From: Dimorphilus gyrociliatus
Lineage: Eukaryota > Animalia > Annelida
Reading direction: 5' to 3'
Length of the DNA stretch: 64,000 nucleotides
Assembly: GCA_904063045.1 (NCBI GenBank)
Contig: CAJFCJ010000027.1
Location: 496,001 to 560,000 of the forward strand
The translations under genes and the position numbers were made by a program. Under the pieces are notes generated by a model, which was given only the letters and a program-made list of their open reading frames with translations, was not told where the DNA came from and searched no databases. Positions 25,766 to 38,761 of this stretch are shown piece after piece; the stretch's first letter is position 1; the number at the start of each line of letters is the position of its first letter.

Positions 25766-28700
25766 GCGGTAGATGGCAGTAGCTACAAATTTTATATTAT
25801 CAGTTTTTCTTATAAAGAGAGTATTGATGAAATTTTGAAGCTTTAAAAGGAAAATGATATAATAGAAGTTGATAAGAATTAATCTACTTGCATTGGAGGG
25901 AAAATATCGGGGGTTTCTAATAAAATAACCGATATGAATACCCCAATTGGAGAGGTCGATTAAGAAATTTCATCTTGTCTCATATCTACTATGAAAACAT
26001 TGATAATAACGAATATTTATATATTTCAACTTCTGCACAAAATGACAATTTAATGTGATCAATTCATTAGAAAGTATAGCTTTATATATACAGCATATTT
26101 AAAACTATATATATATTGTATATATAGTATATGTAATGCACAGTTACTGTGTATACATTAAAATATACATGCATATATTACATATACTGCATATAAATGA
26201 GACATATATATATATATATATATATAGACATTAATTATTCAAGGTGCAGTTTGTACACCGTCCCGTCAAAGATGCTTTTCAAACTAGTTATGAAAATAAT
26301 TTCAAGATTTTCAATGTTTTTTTCATGTTTAAGTTATTATAAATTACGAAAAAGAGAACATTTTTCATAAACATTTTGTATATATAAATAGATATCTCTG
26401 TTCGTTATTCATTTCAATAGTTTAACCAATTAATTTTCATATATTCATTCAAATGAAGAAAATAACGAAGATTACAGTGAAAAAATGTGCAAGACGATAA
26501 GATTTCTTTTCAGCTAAGCTTATTAACGGAAAGCTATGCTCATTCTATAAAATGGGTCAACTATTGGTTCAGGTGATCAAATTGAATAGGTAATAAGTAA
26601 ATTCGTATTAATTAGTTTGAAGAAATAGGAACTATATAACTTTAGATGAAATTTTAATAAGTTATAACGGATAAAGGTTGCAATTACCATAAAGAATTAA
26701 AATACAATTTTTGTAATTGCTCTTTTTGTATAGAATGTATTTATCATTCTAAAGATTATCTCATTCCCAATTCAGAAATATTATTATCGAATGAACTCTA
26801 CTGGAAGAGTAGTGCTAGTTCAGTTGTGGAAGAGATAGTAGAATTTGAAAGAAATTCTAAATACCAAGGGATATATAAAATACATGGGAAAAAGGTTATT
26901 TTTGTTCACCGTTGCCCTATTTCTCTTTTGTTAATGAGTTATTTAAATATATATTATAAAATTGTGCGAATATTGAAAAAGGTAGAGAGAAATAGAAAGA
27001 CGATTAGAGATTGAAAGAAGATTGGTAAATAATGTAAACATAGCAGATACGATAAATAATAATAATAAGGAAAATTTTAACAACGGCTATAATGAGAAAA
27101 GCACAAGGGAAATTGTGAAAAAAGTTCCTATTACGAAACAACGTATCTGATTTATTAATCAATAAATAACGAATTTTAATGAATTCTTTCAAACATAGAC
27201 ATAAACTTGGTTTCAAAATTCCTTAGAAACCACTTAAAAGGCAGATACACATATAGATCTAAGCGATTTGTGGTTTCATTACAATCATAAGAGAAATGAG
27301 AACAATACCGAACCTAAGAATAAAGGAACAGACGAAATTATCTGTACAACTAATTAGCCATATCACACTTAAAAAATGAACTGTCTAATAAAAGCCTCAA
27401 TGTTTAATTGTATCAATATATATATATACATTAATTTAATGTTTGTTTCGTATTCTTGCAATAGTAAAGGAGACTGTATATTATAATATATCTGCTAAAA
27501 CTCTTAATTGATACATTTCTTTCATTATTCCATGACTAATTCTTAATAAAATCAACATTTTCTCCAAATATAATTAATAAATATAAATAATACAATCGTT
27601 TTTTCACTCCACTACTCCTTTTCCTTTTTTTTCATCCTATTACTCTTCTCCCTTATTATTCTACCACTCTAACCTTACTAGAAATCAAATATGGAGTAAA
27701 ACATTTTACAAAATCGGAAATTGAATCGGCAACTGGAGACTTTTGGGAATTATAGTAGTGACATGATGGAAATGTTAAAATAGGAATAGAATACAATAAA
27801 ATAGAATCTTAGGAAATTGGAAGAGTATGCGCATGCTGTTTACAAAACAAATAAGATACGAATAAAAAATATCTTTGTCTCTTCTTTTCTTTCTTTTTTT
27901 GAGATTAACTAAAAATTAAAATATACTAGCAAGTACAAACTCTTTGCATCATATTTATTTCTTTATTGATTTATCCCTCTCTTTCTCTCTCTCTCTTCTT
28001 TTCTTAAAATAATACTGGATAATAATTCTATCATTCTCTTCTATAAAAGAGGTACAAATTTTCTGAATAGGCTTAAATTATAGAAATTGATTGTAATTGA
28101 TGAGTACCATTCCATATTTTTCATATTTATTTAGCGACGCGTAAAAATAATAAAATCAGTTAAAGAATAAAATGACAATAAGCGGTGTTACTAAATATAT
28201 AAATAGACTAAACTATCTTTTAATAGATAAACCAATCGATAACAAGAATAAGAGAAAGAGTAACGATAAACAATGAGAGAGATGGATAAACAGATACAAG
28301 CGGACGAGAAAGAGAGAGAGAAGAAACATAGAAAAGAGAGAAACATAGTACACACTCAAAGACTTACATATTCATACTTAATCTATTATTTTCAAAGGAG
28401 TACTATTTTTACAGTTATGAATGAAAGAATACGAAAATTTTAGGCTGAAACACGGTACATTTTTTTTTATTCTGCTACGTTAACACATTTTTCTTTAGAA
28501 AAATAATTGTTTTCTATATTTCATAGGCTTACAGTAAATTTTTGTATATAGAGAGATGTATTTCTACTGGTAAAGAATGATAATATAATGGAAAATTAGT
28601 AATAATCTAATTTTCAAAAGATTGTCTTTGAAATGCAGTATTTTAGGTTCATACTATGTTCTTTTACGTGGAATAAGGAAGAAAGAGAGAAAGAGTTCTT

Positions 28701-30717
28701 CTTTAAACTATTTTAAGTATTACATAAATGAGATGCTTTCTTATCAACTTCTGATAAATTTTTCAATGGTTACGAGCCTTTCCATTCATTTAAAATTTAA
28801 GAAATATGTCTCGAATAAGTCATCTTCTCTACTTTGAAAATTGTCAGATATGTCTTTTATTCTTTTCAATAAAAGAGAAGATTGACTTGTTAGTAACTTT
28901 TTGAATAAAATATATACATACTATATACAGTATTAGCTAACAAATGGCCATTTCTCTTTTACCACAGGAAGTTGTCCAACTCGATGGCTTATAGTTAATA
29001 ACAATATTTCTTTTTAATTTTATCATAATCTGATTGTATAGTCGTTTATCTCGAAAAGAGACGAGGTAAATAGAGAGAGAGAGAGAGAGAGAAGCAGAAG
29101 ATAAAAAAGAGTAAACAAAATCTGAATTTTAAGAATGAAGATACGAAAGAGGAGGTAATAGGAATGTAGATCATTAGTAATTACACATTAGTCAAGCTAT
29201 TAGTGATAATATGTCTTTTGATTAGGAAAATAGTCGAGTTTACGTTGTCGAGGTGCCTAGACTGAATACTTATTTGATATTTTAACCAATACCTATGATA
29301 TATTAGAAACATACAAATATTTTGTATGTTATATAATCTATTTTCTACACTTTGCTATATTCCAACAAGTTACCTATGTAAACTTTTAGTCAAAAGAAGA
29401 ATTGTCTTTAAAAATAACTTGCCTAGGTAACATTTCCATTCTCTAAGCAGTAAAAAGATGTAGCAAAAGTAAACAAACAATAAACAATGTCATACTGTAG
29501 TTATATATTTTTTTTATTAAAATAGAAGAATACTTTGAAAGTGAATCAGTTTGAAAATTGAAATATATGTTTGCTTCTATTCTAGGTCTTCTATCCCTTA
29601 ACATTTTAAACTGTTTGTTAATCATCTTATTATTTATTTAGATAGCAATCTTTACATCTTAATAAACAATTTTAAAGTGTTAAGTGTATGTATCCCATAT
29701 TAGATTTACTTTTGTATTTGCAACTATGTATATTAATTATTTATCATCTTATTATGATCGTTTCTCTGAATTGAATTTAATAATAATAGAGTTTTTATAT
29801 AATTTTTAAAGGCGTTTCCAATTAGACGCCTTTAAATATGCATTTTCTGTTAAAAATTACCTAAAAATAGAAATTACAAAGAATTTTTTAATGTTTTAAT
29901 TTAGAAATTTACATCCAATAGAAACTAAAAAAATAACAATGCGTAATACTGTAATACTTTCCCTAGTATTAGGTTGACAAGCAACGCCATCTGCATACCA
30001 ATCCCAAACTAACTTTAAGATTAACAAGAATTTATTGCTAAGAGGTTATATTCCTATTGGCAAAAAGTACTACCATTTAAATTCTTCAAAGGTTCAGCCT
30101 AGTCAACCTTATTTCATATCTGTTAGAGCATCGACCTTATCAGTGGTTTTTGCTAAACTATAGGAAATAATGGAAAATCTAGCTGAGCGGTCGAATAGTT
30201 GGGTTTAGCCGACCGGTTTTCGGTAATGATTATGTTTCAAAGTACAACAATTAATCGTTACATCGATAACAAAGTTACTTGAAGAATTTGCAACATAAAT
30301 TCTCGTTTTACGCTAAGTGAAAATGCCAGAGTAAATACTTTTTTTTATTACGCAATGATATTATTCATACGAAGCGATGAATGAAAGATTGCTGTATATA
30401 ATTTGATTTGTATAAAGCTTGTCAGCAGACAGATAAATTAGAAAATTTTACATGATTATACAGTATATTTGCAGTCAGTTCTTTTCTATTTTTAAACTTA
30501 AAGTATTCACTTAACAAATTCAAGATTTGTGTACATAATAATCATATCAATAGCAATGTATGTGTTTTATTTTGGAAACATTGTACAATGATTATTAATG
30601 ATTGGATGATTTGTATTACCAATTGTTTACCAGGAGAAAAACATCTCGAAGAGTCACTTATGTAATTTATAAAACTTTAATCATACTGAAAGAGTGATAG
30701 TAGTAGTGTTAGTAGTT

Positions 30718-30750
<33 letters not shown>

Positions 30751-31274
30751 TCCTCCCTCCTTCTCTCTCTCTCTTTCTCCCTCTCTTCGAAGGCAACAGA
30801 ATAAAAAGTAATATTTGAAAAACTATAAAGTAACCTAAGGATGTATTTAGCATTCCATTATCTATTTACTATATAAGAAAAAATAACAGGCATTTCTATA
30901 AAAAGCTTTTTATAAAATAGAATTGGTTCAATGAACTTTCCTAAAGTGTAAAAGTTGAAAAAAAAGTCCAACTTCCTGTTTATAAAATAGTTAAGATTCT
31001 TCCCTTGGAATGGATAAATTCAACTAAAAACTTTCTTTTTTTTTGTAATATTATCCAACTGATGACTATTGCAGAAGTGCTAAATTTTTTTCCTTTTGTG
31101 AAAAAAATAGGCCTAATTAAAATTCCTTTTTTATTTACCCCGCCCCTGAAATGGTAAGTAGTAAGGAAGAAAAACAAAAAATAATTCAAATATCTTGTTT
31201 AGAAGTTTATTTTTTTAATATTTTTATAAAATATCCATACATGCATTAAGGCTTATATCTTTCTTAAATGTTTG

Positions 31275-31289
31275 TATATATATATATAA

Positions 31290-31336
<47 letters not shown>
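31275..31336. repeat. (TA)n microsatellite
   Basis: About 60 nt of near-perfect TA repeat. Confidence 0.95.
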
Positions 31337-31339
<3 letters not shown>

Positions 31340-31530
31340 TGCATATAAAATACAGTTAAATATTTTGCATTAAATGTTAATTAGTACTTTCATCAATAAT
31401 ATTTCATCTTTTAAATTAAAATTAGTAATATCTTTAACGATTATTCATACTTTAACTCTTAAAAGGAAAACGCAACTGCACTCATTTATGAATTCTCCAC
31501 TAAGCTAATTGAGTTTTAATCTTTGTTTCT

Positions 31531-34448
31531 TTATAAAATTGCATATACCATTGAAAGAGTTATAATGTTTAAAACGTAGAACATGCACGTACTAATTGCT
31601 CCATTTCCGTTTGACAGAACTGCAGAGGCTCTGGTCCTTCTTTGGCTCTCTCTCGAATATTGTTCAACAGATCCAATAAAATCACATATATATTCTATAA
31701 TTATTTAGAAAAATTAGCTTTATATCTCTTTCTCTGAAGTTATTAAACGAACCTGCATAAGGAGAATTAAACTCATCCAGAAAAATAATATTGGTCTTTT
31801 CTCTAGCTCTTCTACAATAGCTTGTATCGGAAAGATCGTTGTAGCATCTTCCGGAAATGAGAAACAAAGTCCGTTTGTCGCTATTCAGAATCGCCTTATA
31901 GGAGGAGAGAGTCGGGAGGATAAAGAAAAAAGCATGTTTAAAACTCTTTTGTTTTAGCCCATAAAAAATTCTTTATAAAAATTTCTTAGTATCAAACATG
32001 TAAATAAGAAATAAAAACAAGTTGATTTGATTGAACTGGAATTTAGACTCGTACTAGAATATCTTTCTCTCTTTCTATCTCTCTCTATCTCTCTTGTTTC
32101 TTTTTCTAAGTACATATTATAAATCAACTAGAATATATTTCCAATGAAACGAAAGTAATAGATTAAATAGATCACCAGCAGAAGGATTTCTTAGAAAATC
32201 ATAAATATTTTCGCCAGTGGAAAAAAAAATAACCACCAACCTTTACAGGCTTAGACATAAAAAAAAGATAAATGGTAAAACGGTATCGATCATGCCTTAA
32301 AAAGGCATAAACGTTCGCAGGAAAATCTTTCTTTATGATATTTTTTGGTGGATAAGACTAGAAGAATAATACCAGCAGAAGCAGTGAGTTAAGAGAGCAA
32401 ATAAGAAAGAAAAAAGGAAAATTTAGATAGATAGATAGATAGAAGACAAGGAAGTAAACACCTAAGCTTTATATTTAGTTTATGTACGTAGTTTTAATCT
32501 TTGGAAAAGTTATTATTCACTTTTTAAGTATTTTTTTCTTAGAATTTCTTGGAAGTGTAAAAGAGATTAACTAATTTTTTTATATAAAAATTTCGTATCG
32601 ACTTTTACCTGATAATCATTCTGCCGAAGAGCTTGGGGATTTGATATAAAAATGACTGAAATTTGGCCATGCTCTGGTCTGAAAAACAAACAAAACAAAC
32701 AAAACTATTGCAAGTATAACAATATATTGAAATTAGAATGATTTAACTTACGGATGAGAATATTGCTGTAAAGTGTGTTTTGCCATTTGATCATTGGCGT
32801 TATGTATACTTTCTTCTACTCTAAATTGACTGTGGATTCTTTGAATATGTTCAATTTTTTTATCTTCTAGCATGGCAAAACCCTCATGAAAGGTAAATCC
32901 CCAAGGATGGCAATCTTGCCGAAGTAATGATATATGAACTGAATTCTTTCGGATGAACTTTTTAAAATGATCAAGAATATCCGTAATAATTCTTTCGTAG
33001 CTATTCAACTTTGCATCAGTTCCGTAGAGTGGAACGCAGAATAATATATCCAAATGTTCTAGCCAAGTTTTTTTTGGGCATATTTTGTCGCACGGTTCCC
33101 GACAATGAGCTGGACAAGTTGGTTCAGTAACAGGGGGTGGTCTTCCACAAGCTTCGAACCAAACATTAACCAATGTCTTATTTAAATTTTGTGTATTATT
33201 ATTAATAATAATAGATGTATGATCCTCGATTAGAGGAAGAACAAATCTCCACGATTCAAACGTTTGACTGTTTAAAATAAAGCAAAAGGTGTGTAAATTA
33301 TACTTGGGCTAGAAAATGTTTAGATTTTTATAAAGGTCAAACTAAGAATTTCGTATACATACAATGATGTAAACAAATATATTTTCTAATGTTTTATACT
33401 AGTCTACTATGAATACTGATTGTATACGTTATACATACATATATTAATATATATACAGTATATGTATATACTGTATATACTGGTACAAGTCATATTAGTA
33501 TTATAGAGAAAATACGATAATATAGTGAAGCTATTAGTATTAGTTCTTAGTAAATTCTTTTAAAAAGTCAATAAAAAGATGGTCTTTTTATGTTATTTCA
33601 ATGGAATTGCTTATTTAATCTAAGATTTTTTTGCAAAGATCTTGGATTACTGCTTAACTATAATGGGATGATAGAGCGTAGATTCTCTTTGAATGTCAAG
33701 AATATGTTTTCAATTTTCCCCCTTCGCATAACCTTATAAAAATACACATCGAGTCACGTATGCAATCGAATTTTTACAAGAATCATTTAGTTTAGTTTAC
33801 TAACAATTTAATTAGGCGAATCATACTCACTTATCAACTTTAAAGAAGATGATCTTATCAATTTTATTAGATTTCTTTGCCGCTAGTAGTTTACTAAATC
33901 CAAAATTTAAATTGTATGTATTTTCTTTAAACTCTCCATCGCTTATAACAACAAGGATTATTGGTAGATTATCTTGTTCTTTTAATCTCTGTAATCGTTC
34001 CAAGTGACCAGGTTCGTGTAAATAAACATTCAAACCAGTATTTATTTTTGTTGAACGAGTCCAATTCAAAGGTTTAGGTCTCATATTTTCAATTTTATGA
34101 ACCATTTCAGATCTAATCCTTTCGTTGTGAAGTCTTTTGTCGGAATTCCATACTGTTTTGGAATATTTGGCAAATTCTATTAAACCAAAAGTAGATTTTT
34201 CCGACAAGTATTTTAACGTAAGTATAATTATCTGTTTCTCTCTTTCTAGATTATCAACAACTGAAGACGACGAGTCCATAATAATTGTAATATGAGCTTT
34301 GCATTTTTGCAAACTTTGCTTTATCCTTTTTTAAGTGGAACGTTGAAGATAAGAAGGAAAAGAATAAAATTAATTAATGTTTATGTAAATAACAAAAACT
34401 AAGTAATTAATACTAATTACATCTAAATAGTACAATAGTCGTTTTATC

Positions 34449-34517
<69 letters not shown>

Positions 34518-35024
34518 TTTTCTTAGCTGTCGGATTCGATAAAGAATAGGCTGTTAAGCTGTACTGTTAAAACAATAAACAGCTCGATAAATACTGAAGG
34601 TGTGTAAGTTTTTTTTGTCTTGAAAATGTTGCAAACGGTCAACAGGTTTTATTTATATTTTCTGTACCATTTTTTTCTTTAATATTTCACTTAATATGAC
34701 CCTTTTTCTTCTTCTTCTTCTTCTTCTTTCAATTGCATTTTATTTATAACTATTTATCAATATTTATATAATTAATTAAACAATTATATACTTACGCTTC
34801 TATGTATCTTAGATCATCCACGTATCGCAAGTTATCGGAATATGAGTTGACTGTTTATAGGATAAGGGAAACATTATAATAAATAATAACAATAATAATC
34901 CGTAGAGAAATAAATAAAGAGTTAATTAAAAAATTGAATATTAAGTAATTAATAGAAACTTACCGAACACTTTATGTTGGTGAATAACAGCTATTAAGAT
35001 GAATAGTAGCTGACGGCTAGACAT
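31531..35024 (-). CDS. Secreted, putatively GPI-anchored tandem von Willebrand factor A (vWA) domain protein, 500 aa
   Basis: complement(join(31531..31694,31753..31894,32609..32678,32752..33267,33831..34325,34796..34850,34964..35024)) = 1503 nt, frame-consistent with GT-AG junctions. Signal peptide is MSSRQLLFILIAVIHQHKVF. vWA1 has MIDAS IIMDSSSSV, STKINTGL and LVVISDG. A Pro/Cys linker precedes a degenerate vWA2 (LDILFCVPLYG, ISVIFISN, TLFLIS). The C-terminus LSNGNGAISTCMFYVLNIITLSMVYAIL* is a small-residue site plus hydrophobic tail. Confidence 0.85.
34449..34517. repeat. (TA)n microsatellite in vWA gene intron
   Basis: About 68 nt of TA repeat with rare substitutions. Confidence 0.95.
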
Positions 35025-38000
35025 TTTTCTGATAGAATACAAACAGATAATATTAAAGAGGAAAAAAATAGTTTATATATACAAAACGATTTTCGAATGA
35101 ACAAGTATAAAAACTTAAAGAAAAAAAATAAAAACATGCCATTAGGTGAAGAAAAAAGTGTTTCGTAAGATTTAAAAACAAATTTCACCTCACTCTTTTG
35201 TTATTACAGGTTTACAAAGTCTGATGGGCGTAGTACATAGTCAGGAAATCGTAGGCCATATAAAAAAAATTCTAAGTATCCAACGTTTGCAGCTGTCCGA
35301 TAACAGTAGACCTTTGCGAAACGCTTGATTGAAAAATTTGCAACAGACGCTTAACACTATTATTAAAACGTTCCTATTAGTTATTATTTTATAGCGTATA
35401 GCAATTAATCAAATAATTAATCCAAGGCCCTTATTGTCTTTTCTTAATTTTTTAGTTAAAGAGGGCAAAAAAACATGTACAACAACAGTGCGACACACAT
35501 AAAGATAAAAGTAGAAAAGTAGAAGCAATTATCCTTCTCTAACGTATGATTCAAGTAGATTATTAATTGATATTTAGTTATATCTTACCTCCAAATAAGC
35601 TGCTATCACTCCTTTCTCTAAAAGTTGATAAATGTTAATTTTTGATCCTGTAGAAGGTTTACGAAAGATTATGGCAAAAAAATCAGTTAAAGCTTGTCTT
35701 CTCTCTTCTAATGTTCCGTATTTGTCGGACCGCTATCAAACTTGATATTGAGCTGTTTTAAAATAACTTTTAAGTAACTTTTAGCAAACTTTTTTTTATT
35801 ATAAAAACATTTTATAGTAAAGGATGGAAGGCATTTGAAATGTTAAAGTTTTTTTAAAGAGATAGAGAGATTAGGAGGGGAAAAAGAAAGAAAGAAAGAA
35901 ATAGTAGATAAGTTAGAAAGAAACAAAACAAAAATAAAAACTTTAAAGTTGAAAAAATAATAGAAAAAAAGTTTTGTTTTTAAGAAAACTTGTTATAAAA
36001 GTTTATTATAAAGAAAACTTATCAGCGGAGAAAGTTTATACTTACCTATGCAACAGTCATAGCGGAAAATAAAGAATCTTTGGCAAAAGAACTGGGTGCC
36101 CCAGTGTTTAGACTGCCGAATAGGGAACCAGAGTAAACTGTAGAATATCACGTGATTAAGAGAGAACGTTTTGATAAAAAAATCTATTTTAACTTACAGA
36201 TTCATTTATCATATATGTGACTAATTTTAGAAGTATTTTATTAATCATTATATAATGAAGCGGATGTAAAAATTTCAATATTTACCAATGAATTAGAGAG
36301 ATTCTAATCGCTTTTATCAAACTTTTTCCCACTCATTTTTGAAATACTAGAAAGCTTAACTTAAGTTTTAGCTTAAATATCTTATAATAATAGGCTTGTG
36401 TTTCTTTCTTTATGTCCAAAAAGTAGTGTACTTTTGACAAGTGAAAGTTCTACAAGTCCGATTGAGCTGCCAATTTCGTTCGGAAAATACCAACAATCTG
36501 CATTAGAGTGTAAATATAATCAATCAAACTATAGAGCGAATGTGGAGGTATTCATTCATCTGGTTCTTTCGAACATAAATTGTACATGCAAATATATCTT
36601 GTTTCTGAGGAAAATATCTTTCTTTTCACGGAAACCGCACCCCATTTAAATATTTCACTCAAGTTTTTAGTAGCAAAAATCGTCGACCTTATACCCTCTT
36701 ATCCTAACAACATTTGACCATTCTTTCATCATATATCTCCTCGAAGAAATTTTAGAACGATTAATTGTAAACAATCTTTGTGTAATTGCCGCTATTATGG
36801 AATGGGAAGAGACTAAGAGAGAGATTGCATTTATGTATGTATGTATATATGTATGTTTGCGTATGTGAAAGCGAGAGAGAGAGAGAGAGAGGGAGAGATA
36901 GGGATACAGAAATAGGAGAAGACAATTTATAGTTTAAAAAGATGGAAAGTAAAATATAATCTCCTTTTCTTTCTATTTTATCAATTTCCGGTAGAGAAAA
37001 TATTACTTATCTTTTTAATATGAAAACAATAGATAGTTAATAAAAGAAGAAGAACTAAAATAAAATCTATGAACTAGTCAAGTACACATATAAGACTATT
37101 AAGGCTCATTATATCTACTTCTAGAACATAAACTTTATATTATATAATTAGTAAAAAGTAGTTTCCATAAATTTCTCACGAGAATCTAATAGCCTATCAT
37201 TAAGCAGATATCTTGACTAAAGTATAGGGTTCGCTGGTGCATTAGGTAATCAACGCTTTAACGCTTCATTCAGCTTGCTATTATTCTTTCTATTATAAGA
37301 TTTATGCCTAATTACAAAATAAGAGAGAAAAGAGCTTTCTTGACTGAAAATATTGAGCATATATATTTTTTTATTTATAATAATAAAAAAAAACAAGAAA
37401 CTCCTAAAAAGTAATCAAGTAGTCAGTGAGTATGAGAAACACATTGTTCTTATATAGCTATAGTTACCTCCCATATGAATCATTTTACAGATTTTGTAAA
37501 ATGGTAGCTTTTATTTTAATTTGTACAAACAGTTTTAATCCATTTTAAGAATATAACCTTATAGCTTCCAGCAACGAAAAGGCTTGCAGTTAGCATATGT
37601 TTTACAGTATTAATGAAAGTAATACACAATCCACATTCCGTGAGGCCTACTTGACCATGTTTTCTTAAGTGAGTATAAGGTATACATAATATGTTTATAG
37701 ATGATAATTTGAAAGAAAAATTACACAAAAAAGAATATGTAGGCTATTATGTTACTTTTCTTTATAAAAGATAAGAAAAACGGGAGAAATTTTACTTGAA
37801 TGTATAATACTTTTATAAAAATATGGGACGGTAGTAAATCTGTTTTTCTTTTTCAAGAGGTGAGATCTCACCCAATAACTTAATCTATTTATATTTACTA
37901 TAGAATAACTGAATACGTCCTCAAAAAGTAATTTCTTTACAAATCATCTACTTTACATAAATACGACGTCCGCCCACAATATGCTCTCATAATTTTATAA

Positions 38001-38119
38001 TTTAATTCGAATTTGTCACGCAAGCTTCCTTTTTTTCCTTATTTCTTTCTTTTATGAAACTTTTCATCGTTTTACTTTTCCTCTCCCACTTTACTCATTT
38101 CTCATCTTCCTTACCTGTA

Positions 38120-38205
38120 CACACACACACACACACACACACTCACTGATATAAAAATACACACACACACACACACACACATCTTCACTCACTCACTCAC
38201 TCACA
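38120..38205. repeat. Compound (CA)n/(CTCA)n microsatellite
   Basis: Two (AC)n runs followed by (CTCA)n, read directly. Confidence 0.9.
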
Positions 38206-38761
38206 CTTAAACAATCATACATGCAGAAATAAACTCCCATTTAACATTACTGCAACAAATTTAAAACTAATTCGCCATTTTTATTTCATTTATTCTGTTA
38301 TTGTGAATATAATGAATTTTTTAATTTGCAGAGATACTTCTTTCTTCTTCTCTTCAAGATAATCTTCTTATATATCTTTATCTAGTTAAAGTATTAATAC
38401 TTGTGCAAATTGACATTTGTTGACTTTGTTTGAACTTGAAACCTAAGTAAGAATAGTTAAAGAATAATGTGAAGAACTCTTGAATGTCAAATTAACATAT
38501 TTTTTTTTCTTTTTTTTTTGAATTCATATTTTTGGCTGCTGGATAATTTGTAATTAAAGTCAAACAAGCTTTTGTTGTAAACAAATAAATGTCTATATAT
38601 ATATATATAACAAAGAATAAAGGAAAAAAGATATGGTAAACGGAGTAGTACAGGAAGTACTTGAACAAATAGGAAACTAAAATTGCTCCGTGAATGTAAT
38701 AGTTAAGAATAAGAATAAATATAGCAAAGAAATTAGCTAATGTTAAATTATTTGAGTTGAA

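Noticed and set aside
27681-27760. KHFTKSEIESATGDF resembles the Pelle/IRAK pre-kinase FxxxELxxATxxF motif
   Set aside because: An immediate stop codon follows, and no kinase exons are found downstream.
29978-30163. Open frame containing VQPSQPYFISVRAST, reminiscent of a fibronectin type III strand
   Set aside because: The similarity is short, with no conserved Trp strand and no linked exons.
34527-35330. Plus-strand exon-like segments antisense to the vWA 5' end
   Set aside because: Joining them gives an early stop, and the signals are explained by AT-rich introns and the 5' UTR of the minus-strand gene.
36398-36780. Protein-like fragments on both strands, including a TGA-interrupted frame (possible selenocysteine readthrough)
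   Set aside because: There is no start, family motif or evident SECIS, and the stop density is consistent with non-coding DNA.
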